From Dehalococcoidia bacterium (GTDB taxonomy: Bacteria > Chloroflexota > Dehalococcoidia > Plut-88900), in NCBI GenBank assembly GCA_965197585.1, contig OZ240215.1, positions 2,176,001 to 2,240,000 on the forward strand: a DNA stretch of 64,000 nt, read 5' to 3'. The translations under genes were made by a program, and so were the position numbers. Numbering within the stretch: the first letter of the stretch is position 1; each line of letters starts with the position of its first letter. Positions 29,639-40,130 of this stretch are shown here, in pieces. The notes beneath the pieces were generated by a model. The model saw nothing but the letters and a program-made list of their open reading frames with translations. It made no database searches and had not been told where the DNA came from.

Positions 29639-31314
29639 GAGTCTGTTTCAGATGTAGGTTGTGCTTGACGTGGGGAGTTGGCTTGGTCGGGCTGGCTGAT
29701 GGCGGAGCCGCATTAATCGAAGCAGGGGGCTGAGTGTGCCCACGATTGCCGTCTGAAGCGCCCGATAGGCCGAGTATGCGCCCTCGGCTACCCAATGCTT
29801 TGTCCAGGTAGCTGCGGCTCGCCGTATCCTCCACAGGGTGCGCAAGTTGAAGGCTGTGGCGAGCAGGCTCCATTCAGCCGAGACGTTGGTTAAGCCACGC
29901 AACAGGAACCTGTGGGCTTGCTGTTGCTCCTTGATGATGCCGAAGACCGGTTCTACCAGTTGCATTCTCTGTTTATACGCACCCTTGGCTTCTTCGGTGG
30001 ACATCCAGGCCCGGTGTCGACGCAACGCAGCGTCGTGGGAACCGATCTCCAGGGCACGCCCATGACGCTTGTCTTTCGTACAGACCCCGAAGGCCGGGCA
30101 GGCCCGGCACACGGCCCCTGATGCCCGGTAGAGCCGCATTGCTGTGTTGCGAGTGCGCTTGGTGCGAGTGAAGCGCAGCAACCGGCCCTCGGGGCAACGG
30201 TAGCTGTCGCTCGCCTCGTCGTAGGTGAAACGGTCTTTGTGATACGGGCTCTGCAGCGCCCGGTCCTGCGACTCAGGCATCACCACCCGTTGGCCTCTTA
30301 GGGCGCACTCCTGTAGATTGTTCCCGGAGTGATAGCCCGCATCCGCCAACGTCATCTCCGTCCTTTGTCCCAACGTCTCCTCAGCCTTCTCCATCATCGC
30401 ACCCAGTTGCCGTCTGTCGGATATGTCGTTCACCACATCAACTGCCGTGATCAGCATGCCGGGCGCTTTACCCTCAGCCGCTGCTACCGTAGAGACCATC
30501 GCCTGGGCGTTGTAGGCCACCGCATAACCCTGTCGCGTCTTCATCATCCGGGCGTCCTGATCGGTCAGGTTGATCTGCTTTTGCCCATCCCGATCGGCAA
30601 GTCTGTGCACCGTCTCACGCACCCGCTCACGCAATGTCTTGCGGTCTTGCAACCTCTCCGGCAGATGGCCGATAGCCGACTCCTCCCCAGCCTCGTTCTG
30701 CGCTTCCAACTCGTCTATCGCACCTTCCAAACGGCCCAACAGACGGCGCAACCCAGCGGCGTCGTAGGTCCGGTCCTTTGCCGCATTCGCTCTAATCTTC
30801 GTCCCGTCCACCGCCTGCACCGCCATCTCCACCAGGTCCATATTAACCGCCGTCTGCACCGTCCGCTTGAGCAGCTTCCTCATACCATCCCGATGCGAGC
30901 TGTAAAACCGCCACAACCTCACGTGGTCCGGGCGCTGGCAGCCCGTCAGCCAAAGGTACGGTATCTGGTCGCAGCAGGCCGCCTCCAGCTTGCGGCTCGA
31001 TCGCACACCGGTCATGAAGCCGTACAGCCACACACCCAACAGCGCACGGGGATGGTAGGCCGGCGCTCCCATCGCCTCCCCGTCTCTATCAATCCCAATC
31101 GCTGCCCAGCCCTCTCCATCCAAGGCATCGACGAACTCAGCAACAAATCGAGCAGAATGACCGGCCCCCAGCATCTCGTCGAGACTCGGCGGCAACATCC
31201 ATACCTGTTCCCGGTTCATCGGTCGATGTGGCATCCCCAGTCACCTCCTTATGACGCTGTCTACCTTGTCCACCATAGCCTACTCCATATGCCTATAACT
31301 TATGAAACAGACTC
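29639..31314 (-). mobile_element. IS1182-family insertion sequence
   Basis: Terminal IRs GAGTCTGTTTCA/TGAAACAGACTC. 4-bp target duplication CGCG at 29635-29638 and 31315-31318. Confidence 0.9.
29648..31234 (-). CDS. IS1182 transposase
   Basis: GAPAYHPR, GVRSSRKLE, VDGTKI.ANA, TDQDAR, LADAGY, VEPVFGIIK. Confidence 0.93.
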   Translation of the reverse strand: MPHRPMNREQVWMLPPSLDEMLGAGHSARFVAEFVDALDGEGWAAIGIDRDGEAMGAPAYHPRALLGVWLYGFMTGVRSSRKLEAACCDQIPYLWLTGCQRPDHVRLWRFYSSHRDGMRKLLKRTVQTAVNMDLVEMAVQAVDGTKIRANAAKDRTYDAAGLRRLLGRLEGAIDELEAQNEAGEESAIGHLPERLQDRKTLRERVRETVHRLADRDGQKQINLTDQDARMMKTRQGYAVAYNAQAMVSTVAAAEGKAPGMLITAVDVVNDISDRRQLGAMMEKAEETLGQRTEMTLADAGYHSGNNLQECALRGQRVVMPESQDRALQSPYHKDRFTYDEASDSYRCPEGRLLRFTRTKRTRNTAMRLYRASGAVCRACPAFGVCTKDKRHGRALEIGSHDAALRRHRAWMSTEEAKGAYKQRMQLVEPVFGIIKEQQQAHRFLLRGLTNVSAEWSLLATAFNLRTLWRIRRAAATWTKHWVAEGAYSAYRALQTAIVGTLSPLLRLMRLRHQPARPSQLPTSSTTYI

Positions 31315-31462
31315 CGCGAATCGCCCCGGCCACTCACCCCAATCCCCGCCAACCGACCATTTACCGTCATTCCGAGGCCCCACAAGGAATCTAGGGCTAG
31401 CCCCAGCACCTCTCCTTCCTGGTTCGTTAGGCCCTTCTTTATTGTGATAGCATGACGGTACT

Positions 31463-31846
31463 ATGACCACCACCGCCGACGTAACCCAAGTCTTTGCCGC
31501 CGCTCGAGCAATGTACTCCGCCGCCCTTGCCCGAATGGCCGAGGGTGACATCCGAGACGCATCTGAAAAGGCGTGGTGTGTCGTCAAACGGGCCACCGAC
31601 GCCTTGGTCCTTGCCCGCACTGGCGAATTGCCGGAACGTTCGACGGATACAGGTAGCAGTTTGCGAAGAATCGCGAAATCAGAACCAGCAGCGCGTTCCC
31701 TTAAAGCCCGCTACTACGAACGCCAGGGCACTTTGCACGGAGAATGCTTCTATATCGGCCTCTGTGAACCCACCGAAGATACCGAGCGGCTGATCCGCGA
31801 GACCATAGATTACATCCAGGACGCCGAAGCCCTGGCCCAGGTCTGA
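31463..31846 (+). CDS. PaREP1/HEPN-like protein
   Basis: GDIRDASEKAW and LHGECFY motifs, typical of PaREP1-type HEPN proteins. Confidence 0.7.
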   Translation: MTTTADVTQVFAAARAMYSAALARMAEGDIRDASEKAWCVVKRATDALVLARTGELPERSTDTGSSLRRIAKSEPAARSLKARYYERQGTLHGECFYIGLCEPTEDTERLIRETIDYIQDAEALAQV

Positions 31847-31856
31847 CATAACCGTC

Positions 31857-31956
31857 CTCCGTCTCCCTTCCCCTCGATACCCTTAGGGGCGGTTCGCGAA
31901 CCGTCCTTAGGCCACTCACTTCAATCCCTGCCAACCGACCATCTACTGTCATTCCA
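31857..31956 (+). repeat. ~100-bp repeat containing the GGGGCGGTTCGCGAACCGYCC palindrome
   Basis: Matches the copy reconstituted from 29597-29638 plus 31319-31373 after removing IS1182. Confidence 0.8.
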
Positions 31957-32081
31957 CCCCCACCCCGTCTCCCGAAATCCGGCCTATCCATCCCCTCCTC
32001 CCTCTATAAGGAAATAATGATGGCAGGTGGGGTCCCGATTTATTCTTGGGGTGGGGGGATGATAGTTTTTCACCCTCACGT

Positions 32082-32110
32082 TAGACACTCCCACACCCCT
32101 CGGCTATAAT
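32082..32110 (+). promoter_or_regulatory. sigma70 promoter of moaD-moaE-tRNA
   Basis: TAGACA-17 nt-TATAAT. Confidence 0.65.
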
Positions 32111-32147
32111 TGACCCTCAAGAAATCCTGTTATCCGGGGAGGCGGGC

Positions 32148-32399
32148 CTGAGAGTCAACACCCGATTCTTTGCCATTTACCGGGAACGGGCCGGGCTCAA
32201 GGAGGAGGACCTCCACCTCGATGAAGGCGCAACCTCCGCCCGACTCGTGGAGCGGCTCTCGGAGTTGCACCCGGGCCTGTTCGAAGGTGGGGGAAGGCTC
32301 GTGGTGGCCGTCAACGGGGAGTACGTCCCCATGGACCATGTCCTAGCCGACGGCGACGAGGTTGCCCTGATACCGCCCGTGAGCGGAGGCCGAAGTTGA
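32148..32399 (+). CDS. moaD: Molybdopterin synthase sulfur carrier (CTG start, C-terminus GG-RS)
   Basis: Manual translation LRVNTRFFAIYRERAG...VAVNGEY...DGDEVALIPPVSGGRS*. RBS GGGGAGG 5 nt upstream of the CTG. Absent from the ORF track. Confidence 0.85.
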   Translation: MRVNTRFFAIYRERAGLKEEDLHLDEGATSARLVERLSELHPGLFEGGGRLVVAVNGEYVPMDHVLADGDEVALIPPVSGGRS

Positions 32400-32836
32400 T
32401 CAAGATAACCGAACAACCCATCGATGCCGCCGAGTTCATCGCCGCAGTCAACCGGAAGGAGAACGGCGGCCTCGCCGTCTTCCTGGGCACGGTGCGCGAC
32501 TTCACTGGCCCGACCCGCCTCGCCTACATGGAATACGACGCCTACAAGGAAATGGCCGAGAAGAAGATGGCGCAGATCGTAGATGAGGCCCGGGCCCGCT
32601 GGAACACCCCGGACATCGCCGTCGCCCACCGATTCGGGCGGCTGGAGCTGACCGAGCCCAGCGTCATCATAGCCGTCGGCACACCCCACCGCTCCGAGGC
32701 CTTCGAGGCCTGCAGATACGTCATCGACCGCATAAAAGAAGAAGTCCCTATCTGGAAGAAAGAGGTGGACGAGCACGGGCAGGGTGAGTGGGTCGAGGGT
32801 TGTGTGCCGTCCGTCAGAGAGCCCGTTTCACATTAG
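32396..32836 (+). CDS. moaE: Molybdopterin synthase catalytic subunit
   Basis: GGLAVFLGTVR, YDAY..MA, HRFG.L, HRSEAFEAC, VPIWKKE. Confidence 0.95.
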   Translation: MIKITEQPIDAAEFIAAVNRKENGGLAVFLGTVRDFTGPTRLAYMEYDAYKEMAEKKMAQIVDEARARWNTPDIAVAHRFGRLELTEPSVIIAVGTPHRSEAFEACRYVIDRIKEEVPIWKKEVDEHGQGEWVEGCVPSVREPVSH

Positions 32837-32837
32837 C

Positions 32838-32929
32838 GGAGGGATCGCATAGTGGTCTAGTGCGGGCGCCTGCTAAGCGCTTATCTGGGGAAACCTGGAT
32901 CGTGGGTTCGAATCCCACTCCCTCCGCCA
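32838..32929 (+). tRNA. tRNA-Ser (GCT)
   Basis: Acceptor GGAGGGA/TCCCTCC-G-CCA, anticodon loop CTGCTAA, long variable arm, GGTTCGAATCC T-arm. Confidence 0.97.
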
Positions 32930-33075
32930 CTATCTTCTTTCAGTACATCTCCTATTGTCCCAAGTAGTTCCTGTTTTGTAGCTAATACGCCCTTATATCG
33001 CTCTCACTTTTGCCCCAGCCACCCCCCGATATCCCACATTAAGTGTGGGAATATTTTTTCTACAAGGGGGTACAG

Positions 33076-34224
33076 ATGCCTCTTTCAGCAACTCGGGTTA
33101 AGGCCCTCAAGGAACCGAGTCGCTACTCCGATGGTGGCGGTCTCCACCTGTTTATCAGTAAGGCCAAGCGAAAATCCTGGATTCTGCGCATTACTATCGA
33201 CGGTCGCCGAAGAGATATAGGTCTGGGGGGATACCCCTCCGTAACACTGGCCAATGCTCGGGGAAAGGCTTACTGACACCGAGCTGCAATTGCTGATGGT
33301 CGAGATCCCCTGGCTGAGAAGCGCGTACCTGTAATACCAACATTTAAGGAAGCAGCCTTTAGTTTCCATAGAGAACACAAACCCCAATGGAGTAACCCCA
33401 AGCACGCCGCCAACTGGATTCAGAGCCTTGAACGACACGCCTTTCCCAAGCTGGGCAACATCCCACTGGACCGTATAGACCGCAGCCATGTTGTCGGAGT
33501 CCTGAAACCCATATGGTCTGACATACCTGAGGCGGCCCGACGTGTGCGTCAACGGACGAGGAAAGTATTCGAATGGGCAATCTCAAGTGGACTCATGGAG
33601 GCCAACCCCGCGGGAGATGTCATCAACGCTGCGTTGCCTCGCATGCCAAAGGTGAAGAACCATTTCAGAGCGCTGGCCTATCAAGATGTCGGTTCTGCAC
33701 TTGACAAGGTTGAAGCATCCCAAGGCTCGCTAGCTGCAAAGCTATGCCTGCGGTTCCTGGTTCTCACAGCTGCCCGTTCCGGTGAAGCCAGGGGAGCCAC
33801 CTGGGACGAGATTGAACTCGAGGATCAGGTGTGGCGTATTCCATCCCAGCAGATGAAGGCGGATAAGGACCACCGTGTTCCCCTCTGCAGACAAGCACTC
33901 GAACTGCTTCAGGAAGTTCACAGCCTGCGCGATGAGTCAGGGTTGGTGTTCCCATCCCCTCAGAAGCGGAACGCTCAGCTTTCCGACATGACACTGTTGA
34001 AGCTTCTCCGTTCTATCGACGTAGGGAACCGCCCCACCGTCCACGGGTTTCGCAGTAGCTTCAAGGACTGGGCACTGGAGCAAACAAATTTGCCATGGGC
34101 TGTATCCGAGGCCGCACTTGCTCACACATTGGGCAACTCCACCGAACAGGCTTATGCCAGGTCCGACCTCTTTGAGCGTCGGCGTGTGTTGATGCAGTCC
34201 TGGGCAGACTACGTAATCGGATGA
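33076..34224 (+). pseudogene. P4-like tyrosine integrase interrupted by one in-frame TGA (33274-33276)
   Basis: Arm-binding domain (DGGGL.L, GLGGYP) continues in the same frame into the catalytic domain (ARSGEA, HGFRSSF, LAH, AY). Confidence 0.85.
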
Positions 34225-34300
34225 CTTCCAGGAGTTCGGGGCACAGTAGTAACGGAGCTAGCTCTCGTCCTTAAGGCACTATCCAGACCTCCTTGGGCGG

Positions 34301-34492
34301 TCAAGATTCTCCGCCTTTCGATAGCCGGGATTCCATCCAGTCGTCGATGTCGCTTTCCCTCCACCTCACGGCCTTGGAACTGACGTACACCCGCTCGGGG
34401 AATTCGCCCAGTGGCATAAGACGGTAGATGGACGAGTCGCTCAGTCCGGTGATCCTCTCAACTTCTCGACGTCTCAGAAGTCTGTCTCGCAT
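34301..34492 (-). CDS. AlpA-family excisionase/regulator
   Basis: MRDRLLRRREVERITGLSDSSIYRLM..GEFP....VRWRESDI. RBS GAGGAGG. Confidence 0.88.
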   Translation of the reverse strand: MRDRLLRRREVERITGLSDSSIYRLMPLGEFPERVYVSSKAVRWRESDIDDWMESRLSKGGES

Positions 34493-35244
34493 TGTTATCG
34501 CCTCCTCATCTCTTCCAACTGGTGGCAGAGTTTGATTGCCCGTATCTTGGAGTCCCGCCTCTGGAAGAGAGTTTTGGGCGAGGTGTCGCCTTTGACCTTC
34601 ACCCCTTTCCCCTTCTCTTTCGGTATGTTTCGACTCCTGTCCTTCGATTGCCGCATGAGGTAATGCTGGCGGTTTCCTCCACTTCAAGCGCAGAACCTTG
34701 GACACACACCTTCTGACGGTTGCAGCCTTACGTTTGGATGTGGCCTTATCCATGCTGTCTCCGGTTCTGCAGTCCAACATTGCTTTGGCCGCTCTTTTCT
34801 TTTCACTCATGGTTCACTCCGTTCTCTTTGGTGGCTCTCGGTCAAGTTGATGAGCGCCAATGCCATTGTGTCCTTGGTGCAATTGATGATTACAACCCTA
34901 AGATAAGCCCTTAGCAGCACTTTGGACCCACTCAAAAGGATCGAAACCCCCTTTAGCGTTACATCAGGGGGTCAAAAGAGTGGGAATTGAGGTTGAGATG
35001 CCGGTATAGGAACCCGTGTTCCCTTGAATGAGGGTGAGCCATTGAGGCTGCAGAGAATTGTGGAAACGTACTTGATGCACCGAAGTGCTACCTGTCCTAG
35101 GGCTGGCCGGGTCGTGGGGAGAGGTTCAGTACTGGCCACACCTACGGCCTGCGTCTGCCCGACTCTCAGGTCGGTGGGCACTACACGATACTCCTAGCCA
35201 TTGGGACGAACCATCAAGGTCCGGTCGATGGAGTCCACGCAGTA

Positions 35245-35535
35245 GGTCTTTCTGCCATTTCATTCTGGGAGATGGCCATGCTACGGTACAAGGGCCGCAT
35301 GAGGCACCCCGACGATGTCGCCAAGTGGCGGCAGGAACAGCTCCATCAGGGCTTGATCGAAATTCCAGTGGACGGAGAAATAGGAATCCGCGCCTACAAC
35401 CTGGCAGATTTTCACCCTGACCCCGCCGACCGCATCATCGTGGCGACGGCCCTGGAGGGCCACCAGCTCATCACCGCCGACGACCGCATCCTCCGTTGGC
35501 CGGGAGACCTGAGCAGGCTGGACGCCAGGAGATGA
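35245..35535 (+). pseudogene. 5'-truncated PIN/VapC toxin
   Basis: SAISFWEMAML...FHPDPADRIIVATA...LITAD. The N-terminal DT motif and an antitoxin are missing. Confidence 0.7.
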
Positions 35536-35813
35536 CGAGGACATCGCCAAACATGCTTACTTGTCGAAAGACATTCCTAAAGTTATCTTCCGTGACCGTA
35601 CCAACAATCTGGTGACGGTTACAGAACCGCATCCGATGCAACCGTCCGGACTCCAGGTCAACCGCCTGGGAATACCACAGGCTCCTGCATAATCATCTAT
35701 TGCCAAACTTGCTGGCCAGCTTCCTAGGCAAGTCAACTAAGAGCCCATGCCTTTCGGATTAGGCAATTCGTATGAGGTGCCCAAGCCAGATGTTGAGCAC
35801 GCTGAAATAGGAA

Positions 35814-36738
35814 TCAGAGCGCCGCAGCCACCTCGAGAAATCGCTCATATCTCTCTGATAGGAAAACGGTAGACGGCTGTTCCGCCAGTCTTGACGGCAA
35901 TACGATGGATTGCCCGTGAAGTCCCTGGATGGCGTGCCGCAGGGTTGGCCCATCGATCTCTTCAAGCACATCCCGGCGGACTTCGAGGATGCGGTCCGGC
36001 CTGACTCCCAGAAAGAACTTGTCGAAGGCCGCATTGTGCAGCCGGCACAGCGATATGCCGTTACTGACGACGGGTTCACCCTTATGGTCCGAATCAGGAA
36101 TTATGTGGGCGGCATCGAGCAGTTCGCTGTGGCGCAGGCGGCAGAAAGCACACTGGTGTCGGTAAACACTAAGCACACGCTCACGGAATGGGCTCTGATG
36201 AAGGCGGCGACGGATCAGCGACGTCACGTATTGGCGGCGCGCCTCTGCAGCTACTTTCACGCCGCTCCCATGGCGGGGAAAGATATCGGCCTGGGTGACG
36301 TCGTCTACCGTCACCGAGAAGGAGAGGTCATCGGGGGAGTCACGGACTAGGTAGACGGGCCACAAGACTACATATCTGCCAGGCACGACGCCGTGGCAAT
36401 ACACCGGTGGAAGCTCATGGTGCATTGCGAAGCGTAGACCAACGTTATCAGGGTGCTGGGGGTTCACTCCCCTATAGCGGTAGCGGAGCAGGTTATCGGG
36501 GCCTATCCCATCGTCGTAGGGTCCCTTGGGCGATGTGGTTATGGACAGCGGCACCTGCATCAGGGCTGGTTTTGAAGATTCCCTGTGGTCCCAGCAGCAG
36601 CACGCGTCGCCCGTCAATATTGAATCCCCGGGCAAGAACTTCCCGAGGCACGACCTCGCCATGGTGTTCGACTTGTACAGCCAACCACTCAAATGCTGCC
36701 GCCCTCACTCTTGCATCGTGGTCTTGGTCGAAGTCCAT
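35814..36738 (-). pseudogene. HNH restriction endonuclease (SRA-like N-terminus plus HNH), frameshifted near 36570
   Basis: N-terminus ...VRAAAFEWL...GPQGIFK is in one frame; LSITT..GPYDD...CAFC..LDAAHI...NGISLC.LHNAAFD is in another. Confidence 0.75.
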
Positions 36739-37039
36739 GCTCCTGTCTCTGTGAGCAGTCCCGTTCGGTCATCGGAGTATACGCTTAATTCAGGAGAGGA
36801 AGATTTCTTAGAAGTCTGATCGAGGGAAAGGCTTCACCGTGGGAGTGAACAATTTGTCACCGCTCGCGTTAACAAGGACAGCTGAGAGGCAATCGCAAGT
36901 CTTTGTTGCCAGGGAGCCGTGGGACCATCGTCTTAATTTCACCTATATTCAGCCCAACTGATGGAGGCAGGCCACTTCGACCAAATGAATAGTGAGCCTT
37001 TTGAACCTACCTCGGCCGGACGTGAACGAACCGCCGTGT

Positions 37040-37307
37040 GAGATAGTTTCAGACTCGGAAGCGTCCACTGTGGCCTTCGTCAGCTATTACAACTACCGGC
37101 GCTATTACAATACCCTGGGCAACGTGACGCCCTCCGAAGTCTTCAGGGGAAGACGGCAGGATATCCTGCGACACAGCAAGCAGGTGCAGGGCCAAACAAT
37201 CCAACGGCGAAGACACCACAATAGGGCCTTCATGGAGCTCACAAGACCTTTATCCACTGCCTGATCCCTCGGGTCCCAAGGTGTCCCACTTTCACTGATT
37301 GCCGACA
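37040..37307 (+). pseudogene. IS3/IS481-type transposase C-terminal remnant with terminal repeat
   Basis: FVSYYNYRRYYNTLGNVTP followed by ...TGTCCCACTTTCACTGATTGCCGACA. Confidence 0.6.
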
Positions 37308-37427
37308 CCCATGGCCAGCCTCTACCTTAACGGCAGGGATCTTCTCGGCTTCCACATCCGTCCTTATACGAAGAGGAAGCTTCCTGGCCGACGCGTGGGC
37401 CCAAATCACCAGTCCCGAGAGGAGAAT

Positions 37428-37889
37428 ATGCGAATCTTCAGAACCGGCCTAGTCCTACTAATCGGCATCGCCCTCGTCGCTGTGGCCGCGTGCCAGCCGG
37501 ACGGACATATTGACACCTTAGGTCAACGCATGGACTCCCTGGACCAAAGGCTGATGGCCATTGAGGCCGGTATGGCGGCTCTGCGCAGCGGCGAAACCGG
37601 GGAGTTGACCACCGACAACGATTTGACGGGCTGGGAAGCAGTGCATGTGATGGAAGTCACGGTCGGACCAAAGCTGTTGGACTGTGTAGGTGTGGGCCCG
37701 CGGAAGTGCCTGGAGGTGAATGGCCAACTCTTCTACGAGGGCATCGATGGATTCAAGCATGAGGAGGGTTACACCTACCGGCTGAAGATCGAGCGGTACG
37801 ACGCTTTCCCGGACGAGGAGGAGCCCCCTCAGGACGCCTCTAGGTACGGCTATCGCCTAATCGAAGTCATAAGCAAGACTGGTAGTTAG
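37428..37889 (+). CDS. DUF4377-domain lipoprotein
   Basis: Lipobox VAAC. CVGVGPRKCL...IDGF.HEEGY.Y.L...PQDAS..Y.L. Confidence 0.8.
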   Translation: MRIFRTGLVLLIGIALVAVAACQPDGHIDTLGQRMDSLDQRLMAIEAGMAALRSGETGELTTDNDLTGWEAVHVMEVTVGPKLLDCVGVGPRKCLEVNGQLFYEGIDGFKHEEGYTYRLKIERYDAFPDEEEPPQDASRYGYRLIEVISKTGS

Positions 37890-38441
37890 ACTCTGAAGAC
37901 GCCACTTGAGTTCGGCATCTAGCACGAGTTCGGTAATGTAGCTTGCGATCCGGGCAGTCGACAGCAGTCAGTCCATGGCGAAGGCCTACCGATTCCTCAA
38001 ACTGGGATTTCCCTCCGAAAAGTTCGCAATTTAGTCTGCTTAGGCCCACCAAACGAGGTACGCTCTCTCCTTGCTTGAGGAGACAAAAGGCCACCACCAG
38101 CTCAAACACGGTATTGCCTACCGTCAACCCCGCCGCCCGGGCTCCTGCCGCCGGAACCTCCCCGTGATGCACCAGTGTACCTGATCAATGCCACCGGCCC
38201 ACTTCCGCCACTTCATCCCCATGACCTGCCACAGCCTCACCTCATCAACACTCAACTGCCCTGATTCTACCCGCTCTTAAACTACGGCTGTAGCACTAGT
38301 GATGCAACCAACTAACACCGAATTGGCTCATTCGGTCTCAAATTCGGCATGGTTTCGTTAGTATTTGAGACGTTGTTCTTAGCCGGACGTTGCGATTTCA
38401 GGACCATCCGACGCTCCAAGTGACCACCTGGGGCTCTAGTG

Positions 38442-39356
38442 CTACGCTGAGAGCGCTGCGGAGACGCCCTCTATTTTCCCCGGCCCCGATGTAGTGAGCT
38501 CACCGACCGCTTTGACGATGTTCGGGTGCTGCAATCCAGACACGAGGAAGGTCCACCGGCACGCCCGCTGCGTATTCGTCGTGATCTCCTCTTTCTCGGC
38601 AGCCGTGAACGTCCGTCCTGTCACCCTCTCAAGAGCTTCTATGTTCAGCCCAATCTGCTGTGCCAGCAGCCCGTCGATCGCCCCACCAAGCTCCAGAACC
38701 TCATCGATCGCACTCTCCCGCTCTTCAAGGGTCAAGTTCTCGGCTACTTCGCCGATTACCAACGTGTCCAGCTTGGCGTGCTGCGCCTCTTCAATCCAAT
38801 GAAACCTCAAGAGGTCCCGGACCAGCCCATCAAGGTCCGAGTCGTCGCGCACATGCTCTATGTAGTGGAGCTGGGTGAACCATTCGATAATCGCGGTCAA
38901 TAGCATGACGGCCAGCTTCGACTTGCTCCGAACTACTTTCGCCACCTCTTCCCGACCAGGGATTAAGTCGCACTCACTGCCGAAACCCCGGCCGAAGAGT
39001 TCAACCGATTTCCGAAACAGCTCCTGATGCTTGAGTTCTTCCTCAGCGAACCGCAACAACGAGCGGGCTTTGACTTCATCCCCATAGATATCCTTCATGG
39101 CCTCTTCCGTGACGGTGGGGATGATAAACTCCTCCACGAACGCGAAGATGTGGCAGTAGCCGTTACCCATAATCTGATTCAGCTGACGCCTCTCGTTGTC
39201 GTTTAAACATCCGATCTCGTCCACACCGGTCAGCTTGTTGGGGAGGAAGCGTTTCGAGAAGTCGAAATTCTTGTCGGCCAAAACATCGTCTTCCAACCAG
39301 GAGACCCTCTTCGAAATGTCCAGACATCCTTGGTACGTGTAGTTGTGGGAAAGCAT
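38442..39356 (-). CDS. Ferritin-like diiron protein (AurF-like)
   Basis: FVEE, EELKH, IEW, EEAQH spacing. RBS AAGGAGG. Confidence 0.7.
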   Translation of the reverse strand: MLSHNYTYQGCLDISKRVSWLEDDVLADKNFDFSKRFLPNKLTGVDEIGCLNDNERRQLNQIMGNGYCHIFAFVEEFIIPTVTEEAMKDIYGDEVKARSLLRFAEEELKHQELFRKSVELFGRGFGSECDLIPGREEVAKVVRSKSKLAVMLLTAIIEWFTQLHYIEHVRDDSDLDGLVRDLLRFHWIEEAQHAKLDTLVIGEVAENLTLEERESAIDEVLELGGAIDGLLAQQIGLNIEALERVTGRTFTAAEKEEITTNTQRACRWTFLVSGLQHPNIVKAVGELTTSGPGKIEGVSAALSA

Positions 39357-39643
39357 GGGTTCCTCCTTGTATCGGGCCTTTCGCTGGGATCCTCCATACT
39401 CGGCTGACCGGATCCAACACTTACCCATTATATAGGTGACGGCCATAGGACTTTCACTCACGAATGCGGGCAAACTCTCTATCAAGCTCGCAGATCCATC
39501 CGGGGAGCGGTCTAAACTGGGTGATCGATGGGCACATCCCGTCGCCCGAGGTCACAAAATTACCGAAGTAGCTTCCACTCCAGAGGGCAGCTTGCGCCAC
39601 CAACTGGTACTCGAACTCACGAATGACTAATAGGCATGGTTCG

Positions 39644-40075
39644 CTAGAGTGATAGACTGAACCTCACCGCAAAGGTTCTGCCTTTCTTACGGTCGGGGTC
39701 CGTAGCTTGGTGCAGCTCAAGTTTGCGCGCTGGCCTAGATCGGGTAATGGAATGCTGCCGTTCCTCTTCAGCTTGCCGCTGGACCGCCTGCGTATTTGCC
39801 TGCTGAAGTCCTTGTGCCCCTATCGAGGCTGGCTCTAAGCTCTCTAGTAGTCTTGTTAACAGATTATGAGTTGTCGGTCGTGCTTGCGGGCCCCTTGTAA
39901 AGGCACTGGCCAACCAAGGATTGCAGTTTGACGGGAATCCCTGGGATTGACTCGGGCTTGTCCTCCATGTGTTGCCGTCTGTAGTCAGGGCCTAGCAACG
40001 GTGGGTGTCCGACAAGCAACTCATAGGCCACCACGCCTGTGGCGCATACATCCGTCGCACTGATGGCTCGCTCTT
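39644..40075 (-). pseudogene. Ser/Thr kinase C-lobe remnant
   Basis: TDVCATGVVAYELLVGHPP...CLYK/P.ARPT across a frameshift. The N-lobe is absent. Confidence 0.6.
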
Positions 40076-40130
40076 CACGCCCACCGCTCGACGGCCTGGG
40101 CGCCGACAGCAACACCTGGATGGTCAGCCA

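Noticed and set aside
33274-33276. In-frame TGA in the integrase as possible selenocysteine
   Set aside because: It is not at a Cys/redox position, there is no hairpin with the geometry seen in the FTR gene, and it lies in an island full of pseudogenes. Read as a nonsense mutation.
34493-34810. N-terminal extension of the AlpA ORF
   Set aside because: AlpA has its own RBS and ATG at 34492. The upstream part looks like a degenerate separate gene.
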